Shown here: in pieces, positions 1-13,500 of the stretch
Numbering within the stretch: the stretch's first letter is position 1
Layout of the letters: each line of letters opens with the position of its first letter
Assembly (NCBI RefSeq): GCF_036365525.1
Contig: NC_090378.1
Coordinates: 115,615,593 to 115,679,592, forward strand
Direction of reading: 5' to 3'
DNA from: Heterodontus francisci
Taxonomy: Eukaryota
DNA: 64,000 bases
The notes under the pieces: generated by a model
What the model was told of the DNA's origin: nothing
The model's database searches: none
Seen by the model: the letters and a program-made list of their open reading frames with translations, nothing else
Program-made: the position numbers and the translations under genes

Positions 1-225
1 TGGATGTCTTTGCTGTGACACACTAACTCAGCTATTGAAGCCCATTCCTCTAATTCATTAACTTTCCCATCAAAATCTATGTCTCTGGCAAGCTAAAGCT
101 CCTATTGAAACCCATTTCTCTGGTACATTAACTCTCATTAACCAATCGCGCAAATTGAATCTTGAACCAGAGTAAAAGATCGTGGAGAAATCAAGCATTA
201 AGTGGTTTGAGGTGTAACACACTTA

Positions 226-935
226 CATAAGAATATAAGAAATGGGAGCTGGAGGAGGTTATTTGGCTGTTCGAACTTGCTCTGCCTTTCAACAAGATCA
301 TGGCTGGTCTACCTCAACACCACCTTCTTGCATTATCCCTTAATTCCCTTCGTAACTAAAAACCTGCCAATCTCAGCCTTGAATGTACTCAATGATGGAG
401 CATCCACAACAATCTGGGGTAGAGAATTCCAAAGACTCACAACACTCTGAGTGAAGAAATTTCTCCTCATTTCAGTCCTAATGATCGACCACTTATCCTA
501 GGCTATGTCCCTGAGTTCTAGAATCCCCAGCCAAGGGAAACGACCTCTCAGTGTCCACCCTATCAAACCCCTCAGAATCTTGTACATTCCATTGAGATCA
601 GCTCTCATTCTTCGAACTCCAGGGAATAGAGGCCTAGTCTACTCAATCCCTTCTCATAGGACAATCCCCTCATGCCAGGAACCAGTCCAGTGAACCTTTG
701 TTGCACTCCCACTAAGGCAAATATATCTTTCCTTAGGTAAGAAGACCAAACCTACACACAGGTGGGGCCTCACCAATCCCTGGATAAACGTAATAAGATT
801 TCTTTACTCTTATACCCTAATCCTTTTGTAACAAAAGCTAACATACCATTTGCCTTGCTAATTACTTGCTACCTAATTACCTAATTGCTAACTTTCTGTG
901 AATCATGTACAAGGAAACCCACGTCCCTCTGAATG
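226..935 (-). mobile_element. Degenerate 3' fragment of a CR1-clade (HER1-like) LINE
   Basis: Begins with cataagaatataagaaatgggagctggaggagg..., which resembles the reverse complement of shark CR1/HER1 3' ends. No intact ORF. Recognised from memory of shark repeats; boundaries approximate. Confidence 0.55.
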
Positions 936-1336
936 CTTAAAGTTGTTAAAATCATAAAAATGTTTATAACTACCTGCTCTTTTGCTCTGGTTTGGCTGAT
1001 GGCACAAGAATCTTTGTGCAAAATTAATAGACACGAACAGCAATTCAACCCAGGCCCTTTAATTGATTCAATGTCGTGCAGTACAGCATGGACTCGTGGA
1101 GACAGAAAGTGCTAACACTATGAATTAATACACTTCTCTCAGTAGAGTGCTGCTCCCTGCTGTGTCATGCAGACTCAAAATGCTCGATTCACACAGTTGG
1201 TTAACCAGGGTTTGTAAATCTGCAGTGAAAGGAAACACTGATGGTAAAAACTCCTGGAAAATGGAAAAGATTAGAGGGTTTCTTTTCAACAACATTAATT
1301 TAATCAAAAAAAACACTGAGTTCCATGTAATATTTG

Positions 1337-1468
1337 GCCATTGTAAATTGCCCGGAGTGTAGGCAGGTGGTAGGAGAATGGTGGGGATGTAGTAGGGAAT
1401 ATGGGATTAATGTAGGATTAGTATAAATGGGTGGTTGTTGGTCGGCACAGACTTGGTGGGCCGAAGGA
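1337..1468 (+). mobile_element. HE1-type SINE, 3' fragment
   Basis: gccattgtaaattgccc...gggaatatgggatta...gggtggttgttggtcggcacagacttggtgggccgaagg is the reverse complement of the 3' half of the full SINE at 53119-53444. Confidence 0.7.
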
Positions 1469-1570
1469 ATTAACCTGGGCCTGTGGATTATTAGCCCAGT
1501 GGCATTAACACTAAGCCACTGCCTGAGTGTGTTATACAGGGAGCAAAGACCCGACATAATGGAGCAATCA

Positions 1571-4500
1571 GGATTGGGAACAGCAGCAAGTGGCAGTATT
1601 GGTGGTACAGGGAGCTGGCAGCATTGGAGGGAACAAGGAGCTGGCAGTATTGGAGGGAGCAGGGAGCTGGCAGTATTGGTGGGAACAGGGAGCTGGCAGC
1701 ATTGGAGGGAACAGGGAGCTGGCAGTATTGGAGGGAGCAGGGAGTGGGCAGTATTGGAGGGAGCAGGCAGTGGGCTGTATTGGAGGGAACAGGGAGCTGG
1801 CAGTATTGGAGGGTCTAGGGAGTGGGCAGTATTGGAAGGAGCAGGGAGCTAGAGGTATTGTAGGGAACAGGGAGCTGGCAGTATTGGAGGGAACAGGGAG
1901 CTGGCAGTATTGGAGGGAACAGGGAGCTGGCAGTACTGGAGGGAACAGGGAGCTGGCAGTATTGGAAGTAGCAGGGGGCTTGCAGTATTGGAGGGAACAG
2001 GGAGTGGGCAGTATTGGAGGGAACAGGGAGAGGGCAGTATTGGAGGGAACAGGGAGCTGGCAGTATTGGAGGGAGCAGGGAGCTGCAGTATTGGAGGGAA
2101 CAGGGAGCTGGCAGTATTGGAGGGAACAGGGAGCTGGCAGTATTGGAGGCAGCAGGGAGCTGGCAGTATTGGAGGGAGCAGGGAGTGGGCAGTATTGGAG
2201 GGAACAGGGAGCGGGCAGTATTGGTGGGAACAGGAAGCTGGCAGCATTAGAGGGAGCAGGGAGTGGGCAGTATTGGAGGGAACAGGGAGCAGGCAGGATT
2301 GGAGGGAACAGGAAGCTGTCAGCATTAGAGGGAGCAGGGAGTGAGCAGTATTGGAGGCAACAGGGAGCTGGCAGTATTGGAGGGAGCAGTGAGTGGGCAG
2401 TATTGGAGGGAACAGGGAGCTGGCAGTATTGGAGGTAGCAGGGAGCTGACAGTATTGGAGGCAGCAGGGAGCTGGCAGTATTGGAGGGAGTAGGGAGTGG
2501 GCAGTATCTGAGGGAACAGGGAGCTGGCAGAATTGGAGGGAGCGGCGAGTGGAGGGTATTAGAGGGTGCAGGGAGTGGCCAGTATTGGAGGGGACAGGGA
2601 GCTGGCAGTATTGGAGGGTGCAGGGAGTGGGCAGTATTGGAGGAACAGGGAGTGGGCAGTATTGGAGGGAGCAGGGAGCTGGCAGTATTGGAGGCAGCAG
2701 GGAGTGGCCAGTATTGGAGGGAACAGGGAGCTGGTAGTATTGGAGGGAGCAGGGAGTGGGCAGTAATGGAGGGAACAGGGAGCTGGCAGTATTGGAAGAA
2801 ACAGGGAGCTGGCAGTATTGGAGGGAGCAGGGAGTTGGCAGTATTGGAATGAACAGGGAGCTGGCAGTATTAGAGGGAGCAGGGAGTGGGCAGTATTGGA
2901 GGGAACAGGGAGTTGGCAGCATTGGAAAGAACAGGGAGCTGGCAGTATTAGAGGGAGCAGGGAGTGGGCAGTATTGGAGGGAACAGGGAGCTGGCAGTAT
3001 TGGAGGCAGCAGGGATTGGCAGTATTGGAAAGAACAGGGAGCTGGCAGTATTAGAGGGAGCAGGGAGTGGGCAGTATTGGAGGGAACAGGGAGCTGGCAG
3101 TATTGGAGGCAGCAGGGATTGGCAGTATTGGAATGAACAGGGAGCTGGCAGTATTAGAGGGAGCAGGGAGTGGGCAGTATTGGAGGGAACAGGCAGCTGG
3201 CTGTATTGGAATGAACAGGGAGATGGCAGTAATGGAATGAACAGAGAGCTGGCAGGATTAGAGGGAGCAGGGAGTGGGCAGTATTGGAGGGAACAGGCAG
3301 CTGGCTGTATTGGAATGAACAGAGAGCTGGCAGGATTAGAGGGAGCAGGGAGTGGGCAGTATTGGAGGGAACAGGGAGCTGGCTGTATTGGAATGAACAG
3401 GGAGCTGGCAGTATTAGAGGGAGCAGGGAGTGGGCAGTATTGGAGGGAACAGGGAGCTGGCGATATTGGAGGGAACAGGGAGTGGGCAGTATTGGAGGGA
3501 ACAGAGAGCTGGCAGTATTGGAGGGAACAGGGAGCTGGCTGTATTGGAATGAACAGGGAGCTGGCAGTATTGGAGGGAACAGGGAGCTGGCTGTATTGGA
3601 ATGAACAGGGAGCTGGCAGTAATAGAGGGAGTAGGGAGTGGGCAGTATTGGAGGGAACAGGGAGTTGGCAGTATTGGAGGTAACAGGGAGCTGGTAGTAT
3701 TGGAGGGAACATGGAGCTGGCGATATTGGAGGGAACAGGGAGTGGGCAGTATTGGAGGGAACAGAGAGCTGGCAGTATTGGAGGGAACAGGGAGCTGGCA
3801 GTATTGGAGGCAGCAGGGAGTGGGTAGAATTGGAGGGAACAGGGAGCTGGCAGTATTGGAGGGAACAGGGAGTGGCAGTATTGGAGGCAGCAGGGAGTGG
3901 GGAGCATTTGAGGGAACAGGGAGCTGGCAGTATTGGAGCGAACAGGGGGCTGGCAGTATTGGAGGGAACAGGGAGCTGGCAGTATTGGAGGGAACAGGGG
4001 GCTGGCAGTATTGGAGGGAACAGGGAGCTGGCAGTATTGGACGAAACAGGGAGCTGGCAGGATTGGAGGGAACAGGGATTGGCAGTATTGGAGGGAACAG
4101 GGAGCTGGCAGTATTGGAGGCAGCAGGGATTGGCAGTATTGGAGGGAACAGGGAGCTGGCAGTATTGGACGAAACAGGGAGCTGGCAGGATTGGAGGGAA
4201 CAGGGATTGGCAGTATTGGACGAAACAGGGAGCTGGCAGGATTGGAGGGAACAGGGATTGGCAGTATTGGACGGAACAGGGAGCTGGCAGTATTGGAGGC
4301 AGCAGGGATTGGCAGTATTGGAGGGAACAGGGAGCTGGCAGTATTGGACGAAACAGGGAGCTGGCAGGATTGGAGGGAACAGGGATTGGCAGTATTGGAG
4401 GGAACAGGGAGCTGGCAGTATTGGAGGGAGCAGGGAGTGGGCAGTATTGGAGGGAACAGGGAGCTGGCAGTATTAGAGGGAGCAGGGAGTGGGCAGTATT

Positions 4501-7500
4501 GGAGGGAACAGGGAGCTGGCAGTATTAGAGGGAGCAGGGAGTGGGCAGTATTGGAGGCAGCAGGGATTGGCAGTATTGGAGTGAACAGGGAGCTGGCAGT
4601 ATTGGAATGAACAGGGAGCTGGCGGTATTAGAGAGAGCAGGGAGTGGGCAGTATTGGAGGGAACAGGGAGATGGCAGTATTGCAATGAACAGGGAGCTGG
4701 CAGTATTAGAGGGAGCAGGGAGTGGGCAGTATTGGTGGGAACAGGGAGCTGGCAGTATTGGAATGAACAGGGAGCTGGCAGTATTGGGGGGAACAGGGAG
4801 CTGGCAGTATTGGAGGGAACAGGGAGCTGGCTGTATTGGAATGAACAGGGAGCTGGCAGTATTAGAGGGAGCAGGGAGTGGGCAGTATTGGAGGGAACAG
4901 GGAGCTGGCGATATTGGAGGGAACAGGGAGTGGGCAGTATTGGAGGGAACAGAGAGCTGGCAGTATTGGAGGGAACAGGGAGCTGGCAGTATTGGAGGCA
5001 GCAGGGAGTGGGTAGAATTGGAGGGAACAGAGAGCTGGCAGTATTGGAGGGAACAGGGAGCTGGCAGTATTGGAGGGAACAGGGAGTGGGCAGTATTGGA
5101 GGGAACAGAGAGCTGGCAGTATTGGAGGGAACAGGGAGCTGGCAGTATTGGAGGCAGCAGGGAGTGGGTAGAATTGGAGGGAACAGAGAGCTGGCAGTAT
5201 TGGAGGGAACAGGGAGCTGGCAGTATTGGAGGCAGCAGGGAGTGGGTAGAATTGGAGGGAACAGAGAGCTGGCAGTATTGGAGGGAACAGGGAGCTGGCA
5301 GTATTGGAGGGAACGGAGAGCTGGCAGTATTGGAGGGAACAGGGAGCTGGCAGTATTGGAGGCAGCAGGGAGTGGGTAGAATTGGAGGGAACAGAGAGCT
5401 GGCAGTATTGGAGGGAACAGGGAGCTGGCAGTCTGGAGGGAACAGGGAGCTGGCTGTATTGGAATGAACAGGGAGCTGGCAGTATTGGAGGGAACAGGGA
5501 GCTGGCTGTATTGGAATGAACAGGGAGCTGGCAGTAATAGAGGGAGGAGGGAGTGGGCAGTATTGGAGGTAACAGGGACCTGGTAGTATTGGAGGGAACA
5601 GGGAGCTGGCGATATTGGAGGGAACAGGGAGTGGGCAGTATTGGAGGGAACAGAGAGCTGGCAGTATTGGAGGGAACAGGGAGCTGGCAGTATTGGAGGC
5701 AGCAGGGAGTGGGTAGAATTGGAGGGAACAGGGAGTTGGCAGTATTGGAGGGAACAGGGAGCTGGCAGTATTGGAGGCAGCAGGGAGTGGGCAGTATTGG
5801 AGGGAACAGGGGGCTGGCAGTATTGGAGGGATCAGGGAGCTGGAAGTATTGGAGGGAGCTTGCAGTGGGCAGTATTGGAGGGAACAGGGAGCTGGCAGTA
5901 TTGGAGGGAACAGGGAGCTGGCAGTATTGGACGGAGCAGGGATTGGCAGTATTGGAGGGAACAGGGAGCTGGCAGTATTGGAGGGAACTTGGAGTGGGCA
6001 GTTTTGGAGGGAACAGGGAGCTGGCTGTATTGGAGGGAACAGCAGGCTGGCAGTATTGGAGGGAACTTGGAGTGGGCAGTTTTGGAGGAAACAGGAACTG
6101 GCAGTATTGGAGGCAGCAGGGATTGGCAGTATTGGAGGGAACAAGGAGCTGGCAGTATTGGAGGGAACAGGGAGCTGGCAGTATTGGAGGCAGCAGGGAG
6201 TGGGCAGTATTGCAGTGAACAAGGAGCTGGCAGTATTGGAGGGAACAGTGAGCTGGCAGTATTGGAGGGAACAGGGAAATGGCAGTATTGGGGTGAGCAT
6301 GGAGCTGGCAGTATTGGAGATAACAGGGTGCTTGCAGTATTGGAGGGAGCAGGGAGTGGGCAGTATTGCAGTGAACAAGGAGCTGGCAGTATTGGAGGGA
6401 ACAGGGAGCTGGCAGTATTGGGGGGAGCAGGGAGCTGGCAGTATTGGAGATAACAGGGTGCTGGCATTATTGGAGGCAGCAGGGAGTGGGCAGTATTGCA
6501 GTGAACAAGGAGCTGGCAGTATTGGAGGGAACAGTGAGCTGGCAGTATTGGAGGGAGCAGGGAGTGGGCAGTATTGGAGGAACAGGGAGTGGGCAGTATT
6601 GGTGGGAGCAGGGAGCTGGCAGTATTGGAGGAACAGGGAGCTGGCAGTATTGGAGGGAGCAGGGAGTGGGCACTATTGGAGGGAACAGGGAGCTGGCAGT
6701 AGTGGAAGACACAGGGAGCTGGCAGTATTGGAGGGAGCAGGGAGTGGGCAGTATTGGAGGCAGCAGGGATTGGCAGTATTGGAGGGAGCAGGGAGTGGGC
6801 AGTTTTGGAGGGAACCGGGAGCTGGCAGTCTTGGAATGAACAGGGAGTGGGCAGTTTTGGAGGGAACCGGGAGCTGGCAGTCTTGGAATGAACAGGGAGC
6901 TGGCAGTATTAGAGGGAGCAGGGAGTGGGCAGTATTGGAGGCAGCAAGGATTGGCAGTATTGGAGGGAGCAGGGAGTGGGCAGTTTTGGAGGGAACCGGG
7001 AGCTGGCAGTCTTGGAATGAACAGGGAGCTGGCAGTATTGGAGGGAGCAGGGAGTGGGCAGTATTGGAGGAACAGGGAGTGGGCAGTATTGGTGGGAGCA
7101 GGGAGCTGGCAGTATTGGAGGAACAGGGAGCTGGCAGTATTGCAGTGAACAAGGAGCTGGCAGTATTGGAGGGAACAGTGAGCTGGCAGTATTGGAATGA
7201 ACAGGGAGCTGGCAGTATTGGAGGCAGCAGGGAGTGGGCAGTATTGGAATGAACAGGCAGTGGGCAGTATTAGCGGGAGCAGGGAGTGGGCAGTATTGGA
7301 GGGAACAGGGAGCTGGCAGTATTGGAGATTACAGGGTGCTTGCAGTATTGGAGGCAGCAGGGAGTGGGCAGTATTGGAATGAACAGGCAGTGGGCAGTAT
7401 TAGCGGGAGCAGGGAGTGGGCAGTATTAGAGGGAACAGGGAGTGGGCAGTATTGGAATGAACAGGCAGTGGGCAGTATTAGCGGGAGCAGGGAGTGGGCA

Positions 7501-10500
7501 GTATTGGAATGAACAGGCAGTGGGCAGTATTAGCGGGAGCAGGGAGTGGGCAGTATTAGAGGGAACAGGGAGTGGGCAGTATTGGAATGAACAGGCAGTG
7601 GGCAGTATTAGCGGGAGCAGGGAGTGGGCAGTATTAGAGGGAACAGGGAGTGGGCAGTATTGGAAGCAGCAGGGAGCTGGCAGTATTGGAATGAACAGGG
7701 AGCTGGCAGTATTAGAGGGAGCAGGGAGTGGACAGTATTAGAGGGAACAGGGAGTGGGCAGTATTGGAAGCAGCAGGGAGCTGGCAGTATTGGAATGAAC
7801 AGGGAGCTGGCAGTATTAGAGGGAGCAGGGAGTGGGCAGTATTAGCGGGAGCAGGGAGTGGGCAGTATTAGAGGGAACAGGGAGTGGGCAGTATTGGAAG
7901 CAGCAGGGAGCTGGCAGTATTGGAATGAACAGGGAGCTGGCAGTATTAGAGGGAGCAGGGAGTGGGCAGTATTGGAGGCAACAGGGAGTTGGCAGTATTG
8001 GAATGAACAGGGAGCTGGCAGTATTAGAGGGAGCAGGGAGTGGGCAGTATTGGAGGGAACAGGGAGCTGGCAGTATTGGAGGGAACAGGGAGCTGGCAGT
8101 ATTGGAAGAAATAGGGAGCTGGCAGTATTGGAGGCAGCAGGGAGTGGGCAGTATTGGAGGGAATAGGGAGCTGGCAGTTTTGGAGGGAACAGGGAGTGGG
8201 CAGTATTGGAGGGAACAGGGGGCTGGCAGTATTGGAGGCAGCTGGGAGTGGGCATTATTGGAGGGAACAGGGGGCTGGCAGTATTGGAAGAAATAGGGAG
8301 CTGGCAGTATTGGAGGCAGCAGTGCGTGGGCATTATTGGAGGGAACTGGGAGCTGGCAGTATTGGAGGGAACAGGGAGCTGGCAGTATTGGAGGGAACAG
8401 GGAGCTGGCTGCATTGGAGGCAGCAGGGAGTGGACAGTATTGGAGGGAACTGGGAGCTGGCAGTATTGGAGGGAACTGGGAGCTGTCAGTATTGGAGGCA
8501 GCAGGGAGTGGACAGTATTGGAGGGAACTGGGAGCTGGCAGTATTGGAGGGAACAGGGAGGTGGCTGTATTGGAGGCAGCAGGGAGTGGACAGTATTGGA
8601 GGGAACTGGGAGCTGGCAGTATTGGAGGGAACAGGGAGCTGTCAGTATTGGAGGCAACAGGGATTGGCAGTATTGGAGGGAACAGGGAGCTGGCAGTATT
8701 GGAGGGAACAGGGAGCTGGCAGTATTGGAGGGAACAGGGGGCTGGCAGTATTGGAGGGAACAGGGAGCTGGCAGTATTGGAGGTAGCTGGGAGTGGGCAG
8801 TATTGGAGGGAATAGGGAGCTGGCAGTACTGGAGGGAACAGGGAGCTGGCAGTATTGGAGGGAAAAGGGAGCTGGCAGTATTGGAGGGAACAGGGAGCTG
8901 GCAGTATTGGAGGGAAAAGGGAGCTGGCAGTATTGGAGGGAACAGGGAGCTGGCAGTATTGGAGGTAGCTGGGAGTGGGCAGTATTGGAGGCATCAGGGA
9001 TTGGCAGTATTGGAATGTGCAGGGAGTTGGCAGTATTAGAGGGAGCAGGGAGTTGGCAGTCTTGGAGGGAACAGGCAGCTGGCAGTATTGGAGGGAACTG
9101 GGAGCTGGCAGTATTGGAATGTGCAGGGAGTTGGCAGTATTAGAGGGAGCAGGGAGTTGGCAGTCTTGGAGGGAACAGGCAGCTGGCAGTATTGGAGGGA
9201 ACTGGGAGCAGGCAGTATTGGAAGGTGCAGGGAGTTGGCAGTATTAGAGGGAGCAGGGAGTTGGCAGTCTTGGAGGGAACAGGCAGCTGGCAGTATTGGA
9301 GGGAACTGGGAGCTGGCAGTATTGGAGGGTGCAGGGAGTGGGCAGTATTGGAGGAACAGGGAGTGGGCAGTATTGGAGGGAGCAGGGAGCTGGCAGTATT
9401 GGAGGCAGCAGGGAGTGGCCAGTATTGGAGGGAACAGGGAGCTGGTAGTATTGGAGGGAGCAGGGAGTGGGCAGTAATGGAGGGAACAGGGAGCTGGCAG
9501 TATTGGAAGAAACAGGGAGCTGGCAGTATTGGAGGGAGCAGGGAGTTGGCAGTATTGGAATGAACAGGGAGCTGGCAGTATTAGAGGGAGCAGGGAGTGG
9601 GCAGTATTGGAGGGAACAGGGAGTTGGCAGTATTGGAAAGAACAGGGAGCTGGCAGTATTAGAGGGAGCAGGGAGTGGGCAGTATTGGAGGGAACAGGGA
9701 GCTGGCAGTATTGGAGGCAGCAGGGATTGGCAGTATTGGAAAGAACAGGGAGCTGGCAGTATTAGAGGGAGCAGGGAGTGGGCAGTATTGGAGGGAACAG
9801 GGAGCTGGCAGTATTGGAGGCAGCAGGGATTGGCAGTATTGGAATGAACAGGGAGCTGGCAGTATTAGAGGGAGCAGGGAGTGGGCAGTATTGGAGGGAA
9901 CAGGCAGCTGGCTGTATTGGAATGAACAGGGAGCTGGCAGTAATGGAATGAACAGAGAGCTGGCAGGATTAGAGGGAGCAGGGAGTGGGCAGTATTGGAG
10001 GGAACAGGCAGCTGGCTGTATTGGAATGAACAGAGAGCTGGCAGGATTAGAGGGAGCAGGGAGTGGGCAGTATTGGAGGGAACAGGGAGCTGGCTGTATT
10101 GGAATGAACAGGGAGCTGGCAGTATTAGAGGGAGCAGGGAGTGGGCAGTATTGGAGGGAACAGGGAGCTGGCGATATTGGAGGGAACAGGGAGTGGGCAG
10201 TATTGGAGGGAACAGAGAGCTGGCAGTATTGGAGGGAACAGGGAGCTGGCTGTATTGGAATGAACAGGGAGCTGGCAGTATTGGAGGGAACAGGGAGCTG
10301 GCTGTATTGGAATGAACAGGGAGCTGGCAGTAATAGAGGGAGTAGGGAGTGGGCAGTATTGGAGGGAACAGGGAGTTGGCAGTATTGGAGGTAACAGGGA
10401 GCTGGTAGTATTGGAGGGAACAGGGAGCTGGCGATATTGGAGGGAACAGGGAGTGGGCAGTATTGGAGGGAACAGAGAGCTGGCAGTATTGGAGGGAACA

Positions 10501-13500
10501 GGGAGCTGGCAGTATTGGAGGCAGCAGGGAGTGGGTAGAATTGGAGGGAACAGGGAGCTGGCAGTATTGGAGGGAACAGGGAGTGGCAGTATTGGAGGCA
10601 GCAGGGAGTGGGGAGCATTTGAGGGAACAGGGAGCTGGCAGTATTGGAGCGAACAGGGGGCTGGCAGTATTGGAGGGAACAGGGAGCTGGCAGTATTGGA
10701 GGGAACAGGGGGCTGGCAGTATTGGAGGGAACAGGGAGCTGGCAGTATTGGACGAAACAGGGAGCTGGCAGGATTGGAGGGAACAGGGATTGGCAGTATT
10801 GGAGGGAACAGGGAGCTGGCAGTATTGGAGGCAGCAGGGATTGGCAGTATTGGAGGGAACAGGGAGCTGGCAGTATTGGACGAAACAGGGAGCTGGCAGG
10901 ATTGGAGGGAACAGGGATTGGCAGTATTGGAGGGAACAGGGAGCTGGCAGTATTGGAGGCAGCAGGGATTGGCAGTATTGGAGGGAACAGGGAGCTGGCA
11001 GTATTGGACGAAACAGGGAGCTGGCAGGATTGGAGGGAACAGGGATTGGCAGTATTGGAGGGAACAGGGAGCTGGCAGTATTGGAGGGAGCAGGGAGTGG
11101 GCAGTATTGGAGGGAACAGGGAGCTGGCAGTATTAGAGGGAGCAGGGAGTGGGCAGTATTGGAGGGAACAGGGAGCTGGCAGTATTAGAGGGAGCAGGGA
11201 GTGGGCAGTATTGGAGGCAGCAGGGATTGGCAGTATTGGAGTGAACAGGGAGCTGGCAGTATTGGAATGAACAGGGAGCTGGCGGTATTAGAGAGAGCAG
11301 GGAGTGGCAGTATTGGAGGGAACAGGGAGATGGCAGTATTGCAATGAACAGGGAGCTGGCAGTATTAGAGGGAGCAGGGAGTGGGCAGTATTGGTTGGAA
11401 CAGGGAGCTGGCAGTATTGGAATGAACAGGGAGCTGGCAGTATTAGAGGGAGCAGGGAGTGGGCAGTATTGGAGGGAACAGGGAGTTGGCAGTATTGGAA
11501 TGAACAGGGAGCTGGCAGTATTGGGGGGAACAGGGAGCTGGCAGTATTGGGGGGAACAGGGAGCTGGCAGTATTGGAGGGAACAGGGAGCTGGCTGTTTT
11601 GGAATGAACAGGGAGCTGGCAGTAATAGAGGGAGCAGGGAGTGGGCAGTATTGGAGGGAACAGGGAGCTGGCGATATTGGAGGGAACAGGGAGTGGGCAG
11701 TATTGGAGGGAACAGAGAGCTGGCAGTATTGGAGGGAACAGGGAGCTGGCAGTATTGGAGGCAGCAGGGAGTGGGTAGAATTGGAGGGAACAGAGAGCTG
11801 GCAGTATTGGAGGGAACAGGGAGCTGGCAGTATTGGAGGGAACAGGGAGTGGGCAGTATTGGAGGGAACAGAGAGCTGGCAGTATTGGAGGGAACAGGGA
11901 GCTGGCAGTATTGGAGGCAGCAGGGAGTGGGTAGAATTGGAGGGAACAGAGAGCTGGCAGTATTGGAGGGAACAGGGAGCTGGCAGTATTGGAGGCAGCA
12001 GGGAGTGGGTAGAATTGGAGGGAACAGAGAGCTGGCAGTATTGGAGGGAACAGGGAGCTGGCAGTATTGGAGGGAACAGAGAGCTGGCAGTATTGGAGGG
12101 AACAGGGAGCTGGCAGTATTGGAGGCAGCAGGGAGTGGGTAGAATTGGAGGGAACAGAGAGCTGGCAGTATTGGAGGGAACAGGGAGCTGGCAGTATTGG
12201 AGGGAACAGGGAGCTGGCTGTATTGGAATGAACAGGGAGCTGGCAGTAATAGAGGGAGTAGGGAGTGGGCAGTATTGGAGGTAACAGGGACCTGGTAGTA
12301 TTGGAGGGAACAGGGAGCTGGCGATATTGGAGGGAACAGGGAGTGGGCAGTATTGGAGGGAACAGAGAGCTGGCAGTATTGGAGGGAACAGGGAGCTGGC
12401 AGTATTGGAGGCAGCAGGGAGTGGGTAGAATTGGAGGGAACAGGGAGTTGGCAGTATTGGAGGGAACAGGGAGCTGGCAGTATTGGAGGCAGCAGGGAGT
12501 GGGCAGTATTGGAGGGAGCTCGGGGCTGGCAGTATTGGAGGGATCAGGGAGCTGGAAGTATTGGAGGGAGCTTGCAGTGGGCAGTATGGGAGGGAACAGG
12601 GAGCTGGCAGTATTGGAGGGAACAGGGAGCTGGCAGTATTGGACGGAGCAGGGATTGGCAGTATTGGAGGGAACAGGGAGCTGGCAGTATTGGAGGGAAC
12701 TTGGAGTGGGCAGTTTTGGAGGGAACAGGGAGCTGGCTGTATTGGAGGGAACAGCAGGCTGGCAGTATTGGAGGGAACTTGGAGTGGGCAGTTTTGGAGG
12801 AAACAGGAACTGGCAGTATTGGAGGCAGCAGGGATTGGCAGTATTGGAGGGAACAAGGAGCTGGCAGTATTGGAGGGAACAGGGAGCTGGCAGTATTGGA
12901 GGCAGCAGGGAGTGGGCAGTATTGCAGTGAACAAGGAGCTGGCAGTATTGGAGGGAACAGTGAGCTGGCAGTATTGGAGGGAACAGGGAAATGGCAGTAT
13001 TGGGGTGAGCATGGAGCTGGCAGTATTGGAGATAACAGGGTGCTTGCAGTATTGGAGGGAGCAGGGAGTGGGCAGTATTGCAGTGAACAAGGAGCTGGCA
13101 GTATTGGAGGGAACAGGGAGCTGGCAGTATTGGGGGGAGCAGCGAGCTGGCAGTATTGGAGATAACAGGGTGCTGGCATTATTGGAGGCAGCAGGGAGTG
13201 GGCAGTATTGCAGTGAAGAAGGAGCTGGCAGTATTGGAGGGAACAGTGAGCTGGCAGTATTGGAGGGAGCAGGGAGTGGGCAGTATTGGAGGAACAGAGA
13301 GTGGGCAGTATTGGTGGGAGCAGGGAGCTGGCAGTATTGGAGGAACAGGGAGCTGGCAGTATTGGAGGGAGCAGGGAGTGGGCACTATTGGAGGGAACAG
13401 GGAGCTGGCAGTAGTGGAAGACACAGGGAGCTGGCAGTATTGGAGGGAGCAGGGAGTGGGCAGTATTGGAGGCAGCAGGGATTGGCAGTATTGGAGGGAG